DNA from: Obrimoposthia wandeli
Taxonomy: Eukaryota
Assembly (NCBI GenBank): GCA_977020255.1
Contig: CDROCS010000877.1
Coordinates: forward strand, 1-64,000
Direction: 5' to 3'
Length of the DNA: 64,000 nt
How positions within the stretch are numbered: the first letter of the stretch is position 1; each line of letters begins with the position of its first letter. Shown here in pieces: positions 44,141 to 57,300 of the stretch. The notes under the pieces are model-generated. The model was not told where the DNA came from and ran no database searches. It was given only the letters and a program-made list of their open reading frames with translations. The translations under genes were made by a program, and so were the position numbers.

Positions 44141-44906
44141 TTATAATAATAAATATTTTTTAAAAACTTGTTTTATTTTGAATTTTTTTAAAAACCTACT
44201 TAAATAAAATATAAAAGTAAAATAATAAAAGACATACGACGAATTTTTTTGATTACATTTATTAAACACAATATCACAACAAGATCTGTCAGCAAAGATA
44301 AGGCCCAACCTAAAAAGTATTGAAATAACAAAAAGTTAGAGTCTAGGTGCCATAGGGATCTAAAATTTTAATAAACTAAACTAAAAAATTGAAAATTGAA
44401 AACTGTTTAAATTCGGAAGTGTCCATAAGCCAGGCTAGCGTTCTTTTAACAACTGGAATAACAGCCCCTATGAAACCACCATTATGTTTAAGAATCATAT
44501 TTCGTTTCCTTTTTTTACTTTTTACATTAGCAATATCCTGAAGAGTTTTTCTATATTTCTTTAATACAATTTTCCGTTTTCCAACTTTTACTCAACCCAA
44601 AACTATATTATACAAAACTTCCAATAAATCATCTACAACAAAAGATGAAAATGCTTTAAGAATAATCATTATCTTATGAGAAGATGCTTTGACCAAAGTT
44701 TTAAAATAAGGTATGCTTCTTTGTATTTTCTTTATTTTAATAAAAAGGTTCAATTTGAATATATTCGAAGCCATTTAAGTTTTCTTTTATTTCTAACTAC
44801 AGATTTGATTAATTTATTCTCTTCTTTTTTCTTAATGATTCTTTTTTTTGATTTCTTATATTTTACTTTACGTTTTACTATCAAATTCGTAAAAGGCATT
44901 GCAAAT

Positions 44907-45509
44907 TTATTTTTTATAATTGTTCTCTATTTGTTTATAAACAATTACTCCTTTAGAATTAAATATGTATGTTAAAACACGTAAATCATCTGGGCAAGCT
45001 TGTGTAAAGTCAATAAATATATACCCATGTGCTTGTTTAGCAGCATCGTGGAATGAATCAACTAGAAAGTTCTTATTTTGTGAAAACGCCTGTCTTGCCA
45101 CGAAATCTACAACTGTTCGATCTCTAGGATTTTTAAATAAAACTAAGTAATGCACATTAAGATTGTTAGTTCTATGGTGACCTCCTTGGTAAAAAAGATT
45201 TTGAATGATAAATATAACTGTTACTTCACGATGTCTTGCAATACAAATCATCAATTATTACTACATCTTATTTTTTCAATCTTTCACACCAATTTGCATC
45301 AAATCCTTCAATAAATTTTATTCCCTTCAACTTGCAAACTTCTTATTTTGGTTAACCGGCTTTCCCCTTCTCCACCATTATGCCAATAAATATTTTTTGA
45401 AACTAGATTTGAAAAGAGATTCATTTTGCAACAATTTACATACGAAATGTGTCTTTCCACTTCCACTGGGACCAACTATTTGAAATACAGCATTATTATT
45501 TAGCTCCAT
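44907..45509 (-). pseudogene. Mirror copy of the packaging ATPase
   Basis: ORF 44907-45254 plus the upstream Walker A region; FKNPRD retained. Confidence 0.88.
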
Positions 45510-45847
45510 TGTATATACTCTTTCATTTTTTAATATTTTTATATTATCATAGAAGTTTCTTTATTGAAATGTACAATGTTAGAGCTATTGTAGATGAAAT
45601 ACAAAAATTAATTAATGAATATTTAGCTATAATTTTATTTATTTGTGTACTATTTCTAAATTTTCGAATAACGTGTGATCTAACCAATATTTCAATGTTA
45701 TCTCTTGTTATATCATTATTTTTTAATTCTGATAAAATTTCTTTACCCCTTATTTTTCCAGAAAATATTTCGTCGACAAGACGATCCACTTCATTGTCTC
45801 TATTTATAGTATTATTCATTTGAAACAATAAGTTTAAACGGGTTTGT

Positions 45848-46345
45848 TTATAGAAAAGATAACAAGATGTAATAAGATATATTTTCTAAAATCAAATCAA
45901 CAATGTCTGGATAATCGAAATTTTTCAATCCCAATATCATAACTTTACCACTCGAAAATATATTTACACACAGCGGTTTAAACTTCGAATAACTGAGAGC
46001 AGGAAAATTTTCTGATTCAAACATGCATTCTTCTTTCATTTTCTCTGCAATTTTAAAAAGATTTATCTGTTTCCCAAGATTAGCCGAAATCGTGATTGAT
46101 TGTATTGCAGTGATTCGAATTCCAAATGGTAAATTGAACCCAAGCATTGTTATTTTGCATCCCATATCACGACAATGTCCTAAAAGAATTCAATATGAAA
46201 ATAAAATAAAAAACTAACCTGTAAGAAAAATGACAATTGTGAATATTTAAAACTTTTACACATATTGTCTCGGCTTCCATTCATTGGAAACATTCTTAAC
46301 ATCATTATCTATTCTACCTTTATAATTTATATTTACGAGTTTTAT
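45848..46345 (-). pseudogene. Mirror TBP-like gene; intron 46180-46217 with GTTAGT donor
   Basis: Splicing joins ACA G|GA to give VIFLTGHCRDMGCK. Confidence 0.75.
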
Positions 46346-47993
46346 TAGACTAAAATTGTATTCTGTAACATCTTCTTTATATATGTCTGAACCTGCTTTT
46401 TTATTGTACGTTTCTTGTAATTATCTTGCAAAGCTATTATAATTAGATGATATATTTCTTCCAATCAATTTTGATTTTTAATATAGATTTAGTCCAATCA
46501 AATTCAATGCTTTAGTTATATTAACCAATGATATTCATGTCTTTGTTAGAAATTAGTATAAAAGAATGCGCCATTGAAGGACAAATCACAGTAAATGCAT
46601 TCATATCAAAGACAATTATCAACGATGGACGATAGCCAACGGGTATTAAGCGATGACGAAGAAATGAATGAAGAATCGGATAAGGATATGTATGAAGAAG
46701 TGAAACAATATTTCAATTACAAAGTCAGATTCTTGAAGAAGGCTTAACTGATTGCTTTAGTAAATCCTGTGACAATTGAAAGAAGAAAGTTCAGCTACTA
46801 TCTATCAAATATTCAAAAACCAGATTTTCAATATCTTAAACAGAAAGTTGAAAAGGCAGTTCCGAATTTTACTTTCAATAAGAACGAATTTTATATCCGA
46901 GGAGACGAAGAAGCATTTCTAGATGACTATGGAAGATATGTTGATATTGATGCGTTTCCGAAAAAGAAGCAATGGACTCTAACAATTCGATTTTATGGTT
47001 ACATGAAAGATGAAATGGGAACAGAGTTGCCTATGTGGAAAATTGAACGTGCTCATATTTTTATTTTAACTTTTTTCTATTGCGTGTAATAAATTGTAAT
47101 CGGTTTTACTATGTTTCTTTCATTTAATAATCAATTTTATTTTTTTAAATATTTGTATCTTATGTGTATTTTTTATAAACATTGTTTTTAATCAGTTTCC
47201 TTATTTTAGAATGGATAAGAGATGTGTAGCAAATTTTTATTATCCAGAAAGAATTTCAAAAGGAAAACTATGTAATATATTAAAGAGGCATCAAATTATA
47301 CGAGTTATGAATCCTGTGAAAATATCTAAAGTGGAGAATAAATATCTCATCGAAATTTTAACAACATCTGATATTGATCAATTGAAAAATATTTTGGGAT
47401 TTTACATTCCTGATTATGTATATGAAGGAAATTGTTTCCAGCTTGAAACTGATCCCAGTCTGGATTTTAAAGATTATCTAGGATATTTGATTGCTCCAAT
47501 TCTAGATGAAGAACTATGGAATATCTCAATACGTCTCAATGGATATTTTGCTGATGACGAGAAAATGCAGCTCTTTGGACTTTGAGTGAAGCCAATATGT
47601 TGTTTTATGTTTAATAAATGTTTTGAAAAATAATTTTGACTCGTATTTTGTTTTTTCTCCTCTTAATTATATATTTCTAATTTTCTCTTATAAATCTAAC
47701 CTAAATATTTAACATGTAGTAATCTAAAATCTTTCTTAAAAATAGTAGTAATATATTATTTGAAATCTCGTCTGCGATAAGCCAATATGGATTCCCGTGG
47801 TCTTCTCTAACCACTTTTAAGATTCGAGGTAAATTTCAAAGTAAATTTTTTTTTAATGTAGGGGGGCTCCCTCCTTCCCTCTTTGGGTGGAATGGAGACA
47901 CACATACACGAAATTCCACTCCACACACATGCACGATTTTAAAGGACAGTAGGGGGAGGGGGGTGTGGATTAGACCGGACACATCCACCTACT

Positions 47994-50780
47994 ATCGACT
48001 GTAGACATATAAATAAAGCCATTAAATGGGTACCATTTCAAATGCCAGCGTTTCGATAAGTAATTGCATGGTTTGGCGGAGCATATATATTTTCAGTACT
48101 AGATGCTAAAAAGGGCTATCACCAGATTTTATTTAATAAAAAGAGAAGGAAATATGCTGTCTTTTGCTCACCATTTGGCCGTTAACGGTATAATCGACTG
48201 CCGTTTGGACTTAGTTCCACACCTGAAAATTTTCAAAAGTGCATGGAGCACGTTATTGCTGTATTAGAATGAGTACTATGTTATGTTGACGACATATTAG
48301 TATTTTCAAAATCTGTAGAAGAACATGATACAATTTAAAGAAGTTATTGAAGAGATTCAAAGAATACAATGTGTGTATTAACGAAGAAAAATGTGAATAC
48401 TGTAAAAGAACTGTTAAATTTTTAGTACATTTGTTATGTGCTGATGGATTGAAACCTACGAAAGTAAAATGTGATAAATTGAAGGCATATCTAACGCCGA
48501 AGAATCACAATGAATTGAGAAGTTTTTTAGGCTTAGCAGGATATGTGAGTCAGAAGTTCTGTAAAGGCTATTCGGAAATAGTTTGATATTTATGGGATAT
48601 TATGAATGAAGATGTTTTTGTATGGAAAGATAGCCATGAATCTCAGTTTATAAAAATGAAACATGAATTATCAATTATAAACCCTTTGAAATTATTTAAT
48701 AAGGAGTTTAAAGTGGAACTTAGAACAGATGCCAGTGGCTATGGGCTCAGTGCTGTTTTATTAAAGATAATCATCCTATTATTTATGTCTCACTAAAATT
48801 AAATGACGCGGAAATAAGGTACTCACAAATTGAAAAAGAATGTTTAATGGTGTTGTTTGGAATTGAACAACTGAAAAACTTTCTTATTGGCAGGAAATTT
48901 AGGTTATCTACAGATAACATGCCACTTATATCCTTTTTCAGAAAATCCCTTGATAAGTCAAATTCAAGAATACAAAGATAATTAACAAGACAGCAGAATT
49001 ATACCTTCGATGTAGAACATATAAAGGAAAGAAAAACAAGATAGCAGATAACTTATCGAGGTTACCTATTTCATTAAATAAAGCTTCAGAGCAAGAAGGT
49101 GAAACATAAATGGTATGCTTGATTAATAATCATGGATTCGTATCAGTTGAGGATGTGAAGAAATCTAATGAAACTGATAGCATGTTTGCAGAGTTAAAAG
49201 AAGTTTTTGATAATAAACCAGCTGCAAAGTACATAGGTATTAAGGATAATATATCGTTCATAGAAGATGTACTAAGATTCGATGATAGAATTTACATACC
49301 ATTGAAATTACGTAAGAATATTCTTAACATCGGACATGAAGGGCATATTGGAATGGTTAAGCTAACAGAGTTAATCAAAAGTTACTGTTTGTGGCAATAT
49401 ATGAGCAAAGATGTTGGGTTAAATAATTAATTGCATACATTAATTAATTAAAAAATTAATAAAAATTAATAAATATTTTTTGTCAATTAAAATTGACATT
49501 AACTGAAGTCCCCACAGTCAAGGAGGTTTTACTTGTCAGCATCCGACGGGGTGGACGTCTCGTTTCGCCTTGCCAGGCTCGTCAGGAAGGCGGCAAAAAA
49601 TGAGACGATTTTTTAAAAGCAAAGTTTTTTTCTGCCCAGCACTTTTGTCGGCGGTTCCTTTTGACTCGAGTGGATTCCAAGCCGATAACGTCAATCCGTG
49701 GATGCAGTATCTGCCGGTCACCAGATTCTTCGCCTCCTCGACATCCTCTCTCACCTTCCTCCCATTCCGGTTTTCTCCTCTGGCTGAGACTGCGGCCCTT
49801 ACAACAAAACTACCAACACTTATCTCTACCGCGTATCACACAAGGACTGTCTCCCTAACAGATATCAGCCTTCTGCAGGGCTGCAGCAACGATATTTACA
49901 TAACTACCGTGCCTGCAGTTTGTGTTGAAGCGCTCCCTCTATATCTCTCCCAGCTGTGCCTATGCATGAGTGTGTGTTTGTGCCGAGTCACTCTCCCCTT
50001 ACTGGATCTGTGACTCCCGTACATTCCCTCCTTTTCTCTGGCTGACCAGACGGCACAAGCTGTGTGTGTGCACGCTTTGCACCAATTCACTTCTACTGTG
50101 TTTGTGTGCGTGAATTCTCTATAAAAACAGCAGTGCTACAGCTGATTGACAGGATTGCTAAATCTCTAACAAAAATCAAATATATACAATTATTTAGAAA
50201 CATTGCGAATTTATCAAAATTATATTAGAATTTATTTGGATCATATTTGGATAAAGTCGCCATCACAGATAATCGACGACACAATTATTTAGAAATTACT
50301 GATTATCATTGCGAATTTATTAGAATTATAAATTGGAACAAATAAATCAAATTCTTGCCTTTTGAATTTTATTAACAAAGATATAAAGGAGTTTGTTAAT
50401 AAATGCAACACCTGTGCGCATTTTACTGCGGAAAAACTGGCTCCAATGAAAACTGTAGAACCATTGATAAATATGGTGTTGGACATGATAGCTTCGGATT
50501 TTATAGGACTTTCTAATAGATTAAATGTATATACATTCCTTACGGTCATAGATTGGCATTCTAGATACCCATTTGCGACGAAAATCAGAAAAGCTGATGC
50601 CACTAATAGTATTGTTAATTTAAATTCCTTATTCTCCTTATGTAGTATACCGAAACGGATTGTAACTGATAATGGCAGAGCGTTTAGAAACCAAGAATTT
50701 AATTTAAACCACAAACCCAAATTACTACCAAGCCAAGGAACTCGGAGTTTTTATAAAGGGCGAGAGAGTGAGGATTAAGT
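47994..50780 (+). pseudogene. pol: Mirror copy of the decayed gypsy pol, interrupted by a solo LTR
   Basis: ORFs 48347, 48602, 49110 and 50362 carry RT, RNase H and integrase motifs. Confidence 0.85.
49412..50377 (+). mobile_element. 966-bp solo LTR, present only in the right arm
   Basis: Starts TGTT, ends AACA; 4-bp TSD AAGA (49408-11 and 50378-81); TATAAAA at 50120; AATAAA at 50341; empty site in the left arm near 35340. Confidence 0.88.
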
Positions 50781-52788
50781 TTAAGGATAAACACACTTTT
50801 AAATACGGGATAATAATAAAACTTATTCATCAATATTCATGTCTAATAAAATTAGATGATAGGAATAAATCAGTTGTTGTAAATCAGTGGTTTATTCGTA
50901 GGATGAATACAGTTGTTTAATTTGTTAAAAGTTGTTAACATGGCCAATGCTGAATAATGAAAGTAAGCATTGGTTTTATAATGAGGTCAAAATGTGTGGT
51001 AATTGTAATGATGATAGTGGTGATGATTGGTGATGGTGGGGATCATAATGTGTTGTGGTAATAATAATAATTAATTTGTTATTATTATTGTTATGGAATT
51101 ATGATAATCCATCGTTGGTGAGGTTACTATGATATGATTTTTAAATTTTAATTTTAATCAAGAAAGTTATGGTCATATTGAGTGTTCGTGTCTACTATAT
51201 TAAAAGCTCTTATACTTTTATGCTAGACAATATATTCTCTATTTCACAATAGATATAATTGGATTTGGATTGGATTGGATTTTTACATATAATTGGATTC
51301 TCAGATATTTTTATAAACTTTGGAATTTGATCAATAATAAGATATTATAAAATCTCAACTATAATTGTCCATTGAAGTATAACATATATATATAAAGCAA
51401 ATCAAATAAAGTAATTTGATTTTTTAAACTGGTTTTTATGTGAACGTTTCAGTAGTTTATGATTATATTGTATTCAAAACACAATGTTCTTGTGAAAGAA
51501 GGTGTTCAGGTGTTGCGCTTTTTCAGTCTGTGGTATTATGTAAAAAGCTCCAACGAGGTTTATTCTGATAATCATACATTGCGTTGGTAATTTTGCAAAA
51601 TTAGGAATCTTCATAAAAATTTTCAGGAAATGTGGTATAAAGTGTTTAAAACATACTATAATACACATTACTTTTTTCTTTGAAACCATCTGTACTTGAA
51701 AATAGAATGGACTTTTTAAAGCCATGACCAAAATGCCTTTACGCATAAGAGCTTTAATACAAGCGTGTAGATGAGTTTGTTCGAATTTAGAAGAAAAAAA
51801 AATTCTTTGACAGGACACTTTAATATTTTCATAATGGTTGTATGTGTTGGGTTTTACCAAAGTAATAATATATTTCTGAGTATAAATCAAAACACTGTAT
51901 GTTTTACTTATTAATAATGTATTCAAATACAAACTAGTAAATTATGATAAGTAGGATAATACAAAGAATCAAAATCAAATATTAAAATGTTGTAGTACAA
52001 CTCAACAGATGGGACGAGAGTTCGATTTAAAAAAGTTTATAAAATGATAAAAATAACTAAATTAGAGTTTTAAAAACTATTTAAGGTATATTTTAAAAAT
52101 CAAACTTACGATTACCGTTTATATTTCTTCCAGAAGATTTGCAAATAATTTTTAAATGTATTTGTTTGTTGTTTTGGTATGTTTAATGCACAAATGACTC
52201 TGCTTATATATTTACTTTATTGCTACTGGAATCCAGACCCTTCAATTAGAGATACTGGAAATCCAATCTAACATTAGACATTTCACATTTTTGCTTCATG
52301 CAAATCAGAAGACTTGTTACAGATAGCAAATTATTATATTGTTGTTCGTTACAAGTGGTTCATAACAATACATTTTCTAAGATTAATTGGTATACTGATA
52401 ATGAGATAAAGAGCTGTCAGAGAAAATGAGTTTTTAGAAAAAAAATTGTAAAACCGAGAAAATTATCAAAAACGGTTTTTTTGAAGACCATGTTTCTTGT
52501 GAAACTCTAGAAAAGAAATTGTTAATTGCATGCACAAACGTCAAACAGATTTGTTTGATTTCGACATGCCATTTCTCACTTTAATAGCATCCTATAATAT
52601 ATGCAATTTGTCCTCAAATGTGTTATACTTACAAAAGCGGTCTTCATCGACTCGATAATTTTAGAGCGTCAATTTATTGTTTTGTTTATTTTTATCAGAT
52701 GATTTAATTAAGAAACTCAATATTTTTAAAATAACTTTTGATTAATACATTATTTTGACTAGTGACATATGTATTAATTCGATATTTT

Positions 52789-54306
52789 ATTTAACATTAT
52801 TAAGCAGGATCAAATTATATATCTGCATTTTGTAAAGTTATTTACACAATTGTAAATTTAGATAAAATTTAATTAATATTAATTAGTAATTTTTCAAGAC
52901 TTAAAATTTTACGAATATTAAATATTTTAGATATAATGAATTATATAATTTTTTAAATTATTTCATTCAGCTTTTTGATTTTGAATTCAAGACATTTTAA
53001 TTTCAAGTATTAGTTATCCACTATTTTGTATGAACCTTGTTATTCAACAAAGATTTAACTTTGGTTTATTGTTTTGAAACCCAGCATATCCTTTTTGGTT
53101 ACTTCAAGTAAGCGTTTGTCAACGGCTATGTTGATCAAAAACGTGAACCGTTTCATTTGATAAATTTTATGTATAAACTTCTATGAGTAAATCATTATTA
53201 GCAATCTCCCTGAGCGTTGCTTCAGTATCTTCTGTGGTTACAGGTCAAATTATATTTATTGCGTACTTGGAGGAAAATATATCTGTAGATTTACAATATT
53301 ATAATGTGCAATGAATTTTATTGGAATCCACTGTTTTGTTGAAAAATGTATTTGAGCCTTTCATATTTATTTAAGCTTTTATTTAATAAAATATTTGTAC
53401 ATATATAAAAAAATGGACAAATAAATTTGTTATAGGTAAATTATGCGTATACCGTACTAGGAAGAGAATATATCTTTAGATTTACAATCTTATTAAGTAC
53501 AATAAATTTTATTATAATTGGCTGTTGAGTTGCAAAATATTTCTTGGATTTTATCATTTAGTATTTGTTATTTACAGTGATATATGTAGATCTATATTGA
53601 ATTTACTTATTTAGTTGTCTATAGTATAGACTAAGGATTTTTCCTGTAATAATCGACCCTTTAATTGACTAAAACGTCTAAAAATTCCGTGTTTTTTAAC
53701 AATACAATGAGTGAACTGATATGGCGAGATATGAGAGAAGATATGGATGAATTTAAGAAAACTCATTTGACTAAAGAATTAAAAGAATTTTGGGAAGAAA
53801 GTGGATACGTAAAAGTGGCAAATATTCTTAATAATGACGATATTTTAAAATATTCAGGTTAGTTGATCATGTATGATTAACAAATCGATAAATATTGTAG
53901 ATATATATGATAAATTTCTAAGCGGGGAAATTGATGCGACTCATAATCGTCATGACCTCGGAAATATTAGTAATGTCTAATATACTTTAGTTAAAATAAT
54001 CATAGAGGAAGGTGCGAAATTCAACAAGGAAAATATTTGTCAAATAATGTGGCCCACAGATTTCGTTGAGAATTTGAATCAAGTCAGTAGTTGCATAGTA
54101 ATTGTTGCATAAATAATTATATTTTTCATATTCAAGGATGAAACCACGGTAATATAAGAGACAACAGTTACGGTTTTTGACATTTGTATTCACATTTAAG
54201 TGTGTAAATTTTATGTAAATGTGAATTTTAGTACGTCAACCTTTCCAGCCAGGATTCAGCCATAATTATAAAAATATAGGACACTGATCGAACTGAAGTT
54301 CTGCAA
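52789..54306. other. ~1.5-kb segment present only in the right arm, with two short ORFs
   Basis: Arm identity breaks after GTATTAATTCGATATTTT (~52788) and resumes at CCATTTTCCAAATTTC (~54308); the left arm has only ~20 bp here. Confidence 0.75.
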
Positions 54307-54814
54307 GCCATTTTCCAAATTTCATTCTAATTTTAATTATTTCCGGAGATATTTCCGGGTAAAGCTGGAACGACCGGCAGTTCTACAACTAAATATCGCA
54401 ATAACGGAAAGTGAAAATGAACATCAGAGACCGAAAGAGGGTTATCATAAACCATTATTCCCAGAATATTGGGGAAACAAAATTCTATAAGGTGACTTCA
54501 TAAATCTCAGCAAATTTTCTCTTATTTGCATTTCTTTGGTAAATATTTTGTATCTTCAGTTCATAATAGGTGAGCATCAAAGTTAATTTCATTTGTTGAT
54601 TTTAAAGCTTTTATTTTTTATTTTAATAAGATCCTAAAAATATTCTGTCCTCGGGAATCATTTATTCACTTTTTCCCTACTTAACTGATTTAGGATCTCC
54701 GGAAGTAATTAATATCTGTGAATGAAACTTTGTAAATGTTGCCCAGACATCGATCACAACTTGCTTGCCAAATTTCAGTCCCATCAGAGTCATATTACTC
54801 AGTGATTTCTTTTT

Positions 54815-55016
54815 CGAATCCCGGCTGAATCCCGGCTGAATCCCGGTTGAATCCCGGCTGAATCTCGTCTGAATCCCGACTGAATCCCGGCTAAATCCCG
54901 GCTGAATCCCGGTTGAATCCCAGCTGAATCCCAGCTGAATCCCGGCTAAATCCTAGTTGAATCCCGGTTGAATCGTGGCTGAATCCCGACTGCACCCCGG
55001 CTGAATCCCGACTGAA
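54815..55016. repeat. Mirror minisatellite (GAATCCCGGCT)n, ~18 units
   Basis: Direct reading; longer than the left-arm copy. Confidence 0.9.
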
Positions 55017-56693
55017 TAAGATGACGTATTTTAGCAAGTTTGTATTGAAGGTAAGAAAATGTACTGCTGCAAAGTAGTGTTCACGTTAGGGACAGTTGTT
55101 ATCTTTCGTTTGAATTTGTTTTCAAATTGTATTTGAACCTTCACAAAGCATTCACTAGGTGTAACATGTACTTAAGCAAACCTTTCAAATACGGGGGGAA
55201 AACGAATTTCTAAACCATTTTTACAGAAGTTAGCAAAAATCCTTTTTAACTTAAATAACCCTTATAAGATTGTGAAACTTTTGAGTACTGCGAGTACGAT
55301 TTTGCTGAGCTGGTGCATACAGTTTTATCGATTAGTGCACGCATAGATACTGAAGTATCGAGGTACTTGACAATGTTTACAATTTCAATTTCACCGTCAT
55401 ATGGTGGAATGACGTTATTTAGGCATATGTGCTTGTTGGTCACTGTGTCGCGTGTAAAATGGAACATTATCCGGAGCTCTAAATCTGATTTGTTTGCAAT
55501 TGAACCAACAGCATGGATTTAGAAGGTGCTTAGAGACTAAACAACGAACAATGACTACAGTTGGAGGAAGGCGGATTTTTTGCCCATACAGGACAGTTAA
55601 ATTAAGCACTTTAGACTGCATTTCCATTAGTTACGAGTTAATGAATTGACCTCTTTGGGGACCCACTGAGACCCAACAGCGGTTGAGATTCAGTCTCATT
55701 GCCGACAAGCTGAGTTGGTGTTGAAAGTTAACATGATTGAACCTGACCCAGCCCAGTGGCAGCAGTGACGAATATAAGTCGATTGAATATCTGTATTTTC
55801 TAAATTGACAAAAGAAAATAGCTGTTTAATCTATATCAATGCTTGAAAATTGTCTAATATTGGAAAGAAAAAAACGATTTATTCGCTTTGATCCGTTTAT
55901 TTAGTTTAATTAGACTTTTTTCCCCTTAACATTTCTGAATAAATATATTTTGTTGGATTTAGGTATTTTTGGTGGTCTAACTGTTCTCAGGTAGGATTTA
56001 AGGTATCGGCAATGCTATCGACAATTCTCCCTGTTTAGATGATTGGAGTGAGAAGTGAACAAATCTGGTGATGTCGTAATTTTGGTATTTTGGTATTTTT
56101 CAGTTAGACTCCAACCGATCATAATATTGAAATCACGATCCATAGACGAGAAAGACCATATTCTTGACACGCACTTCATAATTTCTTCTCCAACCTTAAT
56201 TCGTTACAACATTTTAAAGAAAGAGAGACGAAGAAATCAAAGATAGAAGAATTCGAAAACTAAATTCAAACAAATGGTTATAAATCACTTTGAATCAGTT
56301 ATTAATGTGGGCATGCCCATTGAAATTGACGCCAAAAACCGTTTTTCTTAAACTCAGCTCAGACAATAAATATTACCAGAAGAATTTTATTAAAACAACA
56401 TTAACAAGGAAATAATCTCAATTTATTTCCTTCAATCTTAATCATTTTACATTTATGTGTTCATAATTTTAAATTGACGAATTTATGCATAATATTCTTT
56501 TGTCTTTTATAAAAGAAAATAATTAATGAAACATTTTGAACATGTAATTTTAAATAGTTTGAGTATATTTTGAAATTGAAAAAAAAATTAATTTAAGTTT
56601 TATTAATATGAAAAGTTAGTCTAGCTTATTTGTTAATACAAAAATAATTCTTTAAATCAAGTTTCTGATGAAACTTTAACTATTTCAGAGCAT

Positions 56694-57300
56694 TTAACCC
56701 TTTCAGTTACCAGTTTTTAAAAAAAATAAATAACAAAAGAATAAAAAGATTTCAAGAATATATTATGAACACCCTTATCTAGCATGTATCCTATTGGATA
56801 CACTGATAACCAATGGGTATACGTGAATTAATTTATACATGATACTCCAAAAACAATTTCGTTCAGGACGAATACACAAATGAACGTCACATTTAAGACA
56901 ATTTGTTTGGGTTAGGATTTGACATTGTTTGCATCTCGTACGGTATTTATGTTCATTCATGGACGGAAAATGACCAATTTGATCAATTAGTTGAAAATTC
57001 CTCAACTTTACCGGTATTTAGCAGTTATGAATGGTGTCTTATAAATATCTACCTTTTCTAAAAATATATTATTTTAATGTTCAGAGGTGTCAATTTGGGA
57101 GTTTTCCCTTAAACTTTGGTGACTTATTTTCTTTTGCAGGGCCCAATTCACAAGAAATGCGAATTGCTAGCTAAATTCCTGCTGGGCGACGACGCTGTTG
57201 AGGATTTCAACTTTCTTATTTGCAAAGTGAGTGGAATCGAGGAAACGACTAAAACTTGATAGTGACAGTTTGATATTCGACTGAATTTTTATTGATATAC
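56694..57300 (-). mobile_element. Mirror copy of the piggyBac remnant
   Basis: TTAA-CCCTTTCAG at 56694; ORF 56775-57005 identical to 30288-30518. Confidence 0.75.

Larger units (their letters stand above)
36755..44447 (+). mobile_element. Decayed Polinton/Maverick (adintovirus-like), truncated before pPolB
   Basis: AGTAG terminus with subterminal GTGTGTGGAGTGAAATTT repeats; ATPase, rve integrase, penton, major capsid and adenain motifs. Confidence 0.9.
44448..47993 (-). mobile_element. Inverted partial copy of the Polinton left portion
   Basis: Ends in CTACT at 47993; mirrored ATPase, TBP-like and unknown ORFs. Confidence 0.88.

Noticed and set aside
36755-47993. Intact Polinton with 3.6-kb TIRs
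   Set aside because: The flanks outside both ends are also inverted copies rather than a 6-bp TSD, so the symmetry comes from the larger duplication.
49536-50090. ORFs of 64-147 aa inside the solo LTR
   Set aside because: Expected by chance in a GC-richer LTR; overlapping on both strands, no motifs.
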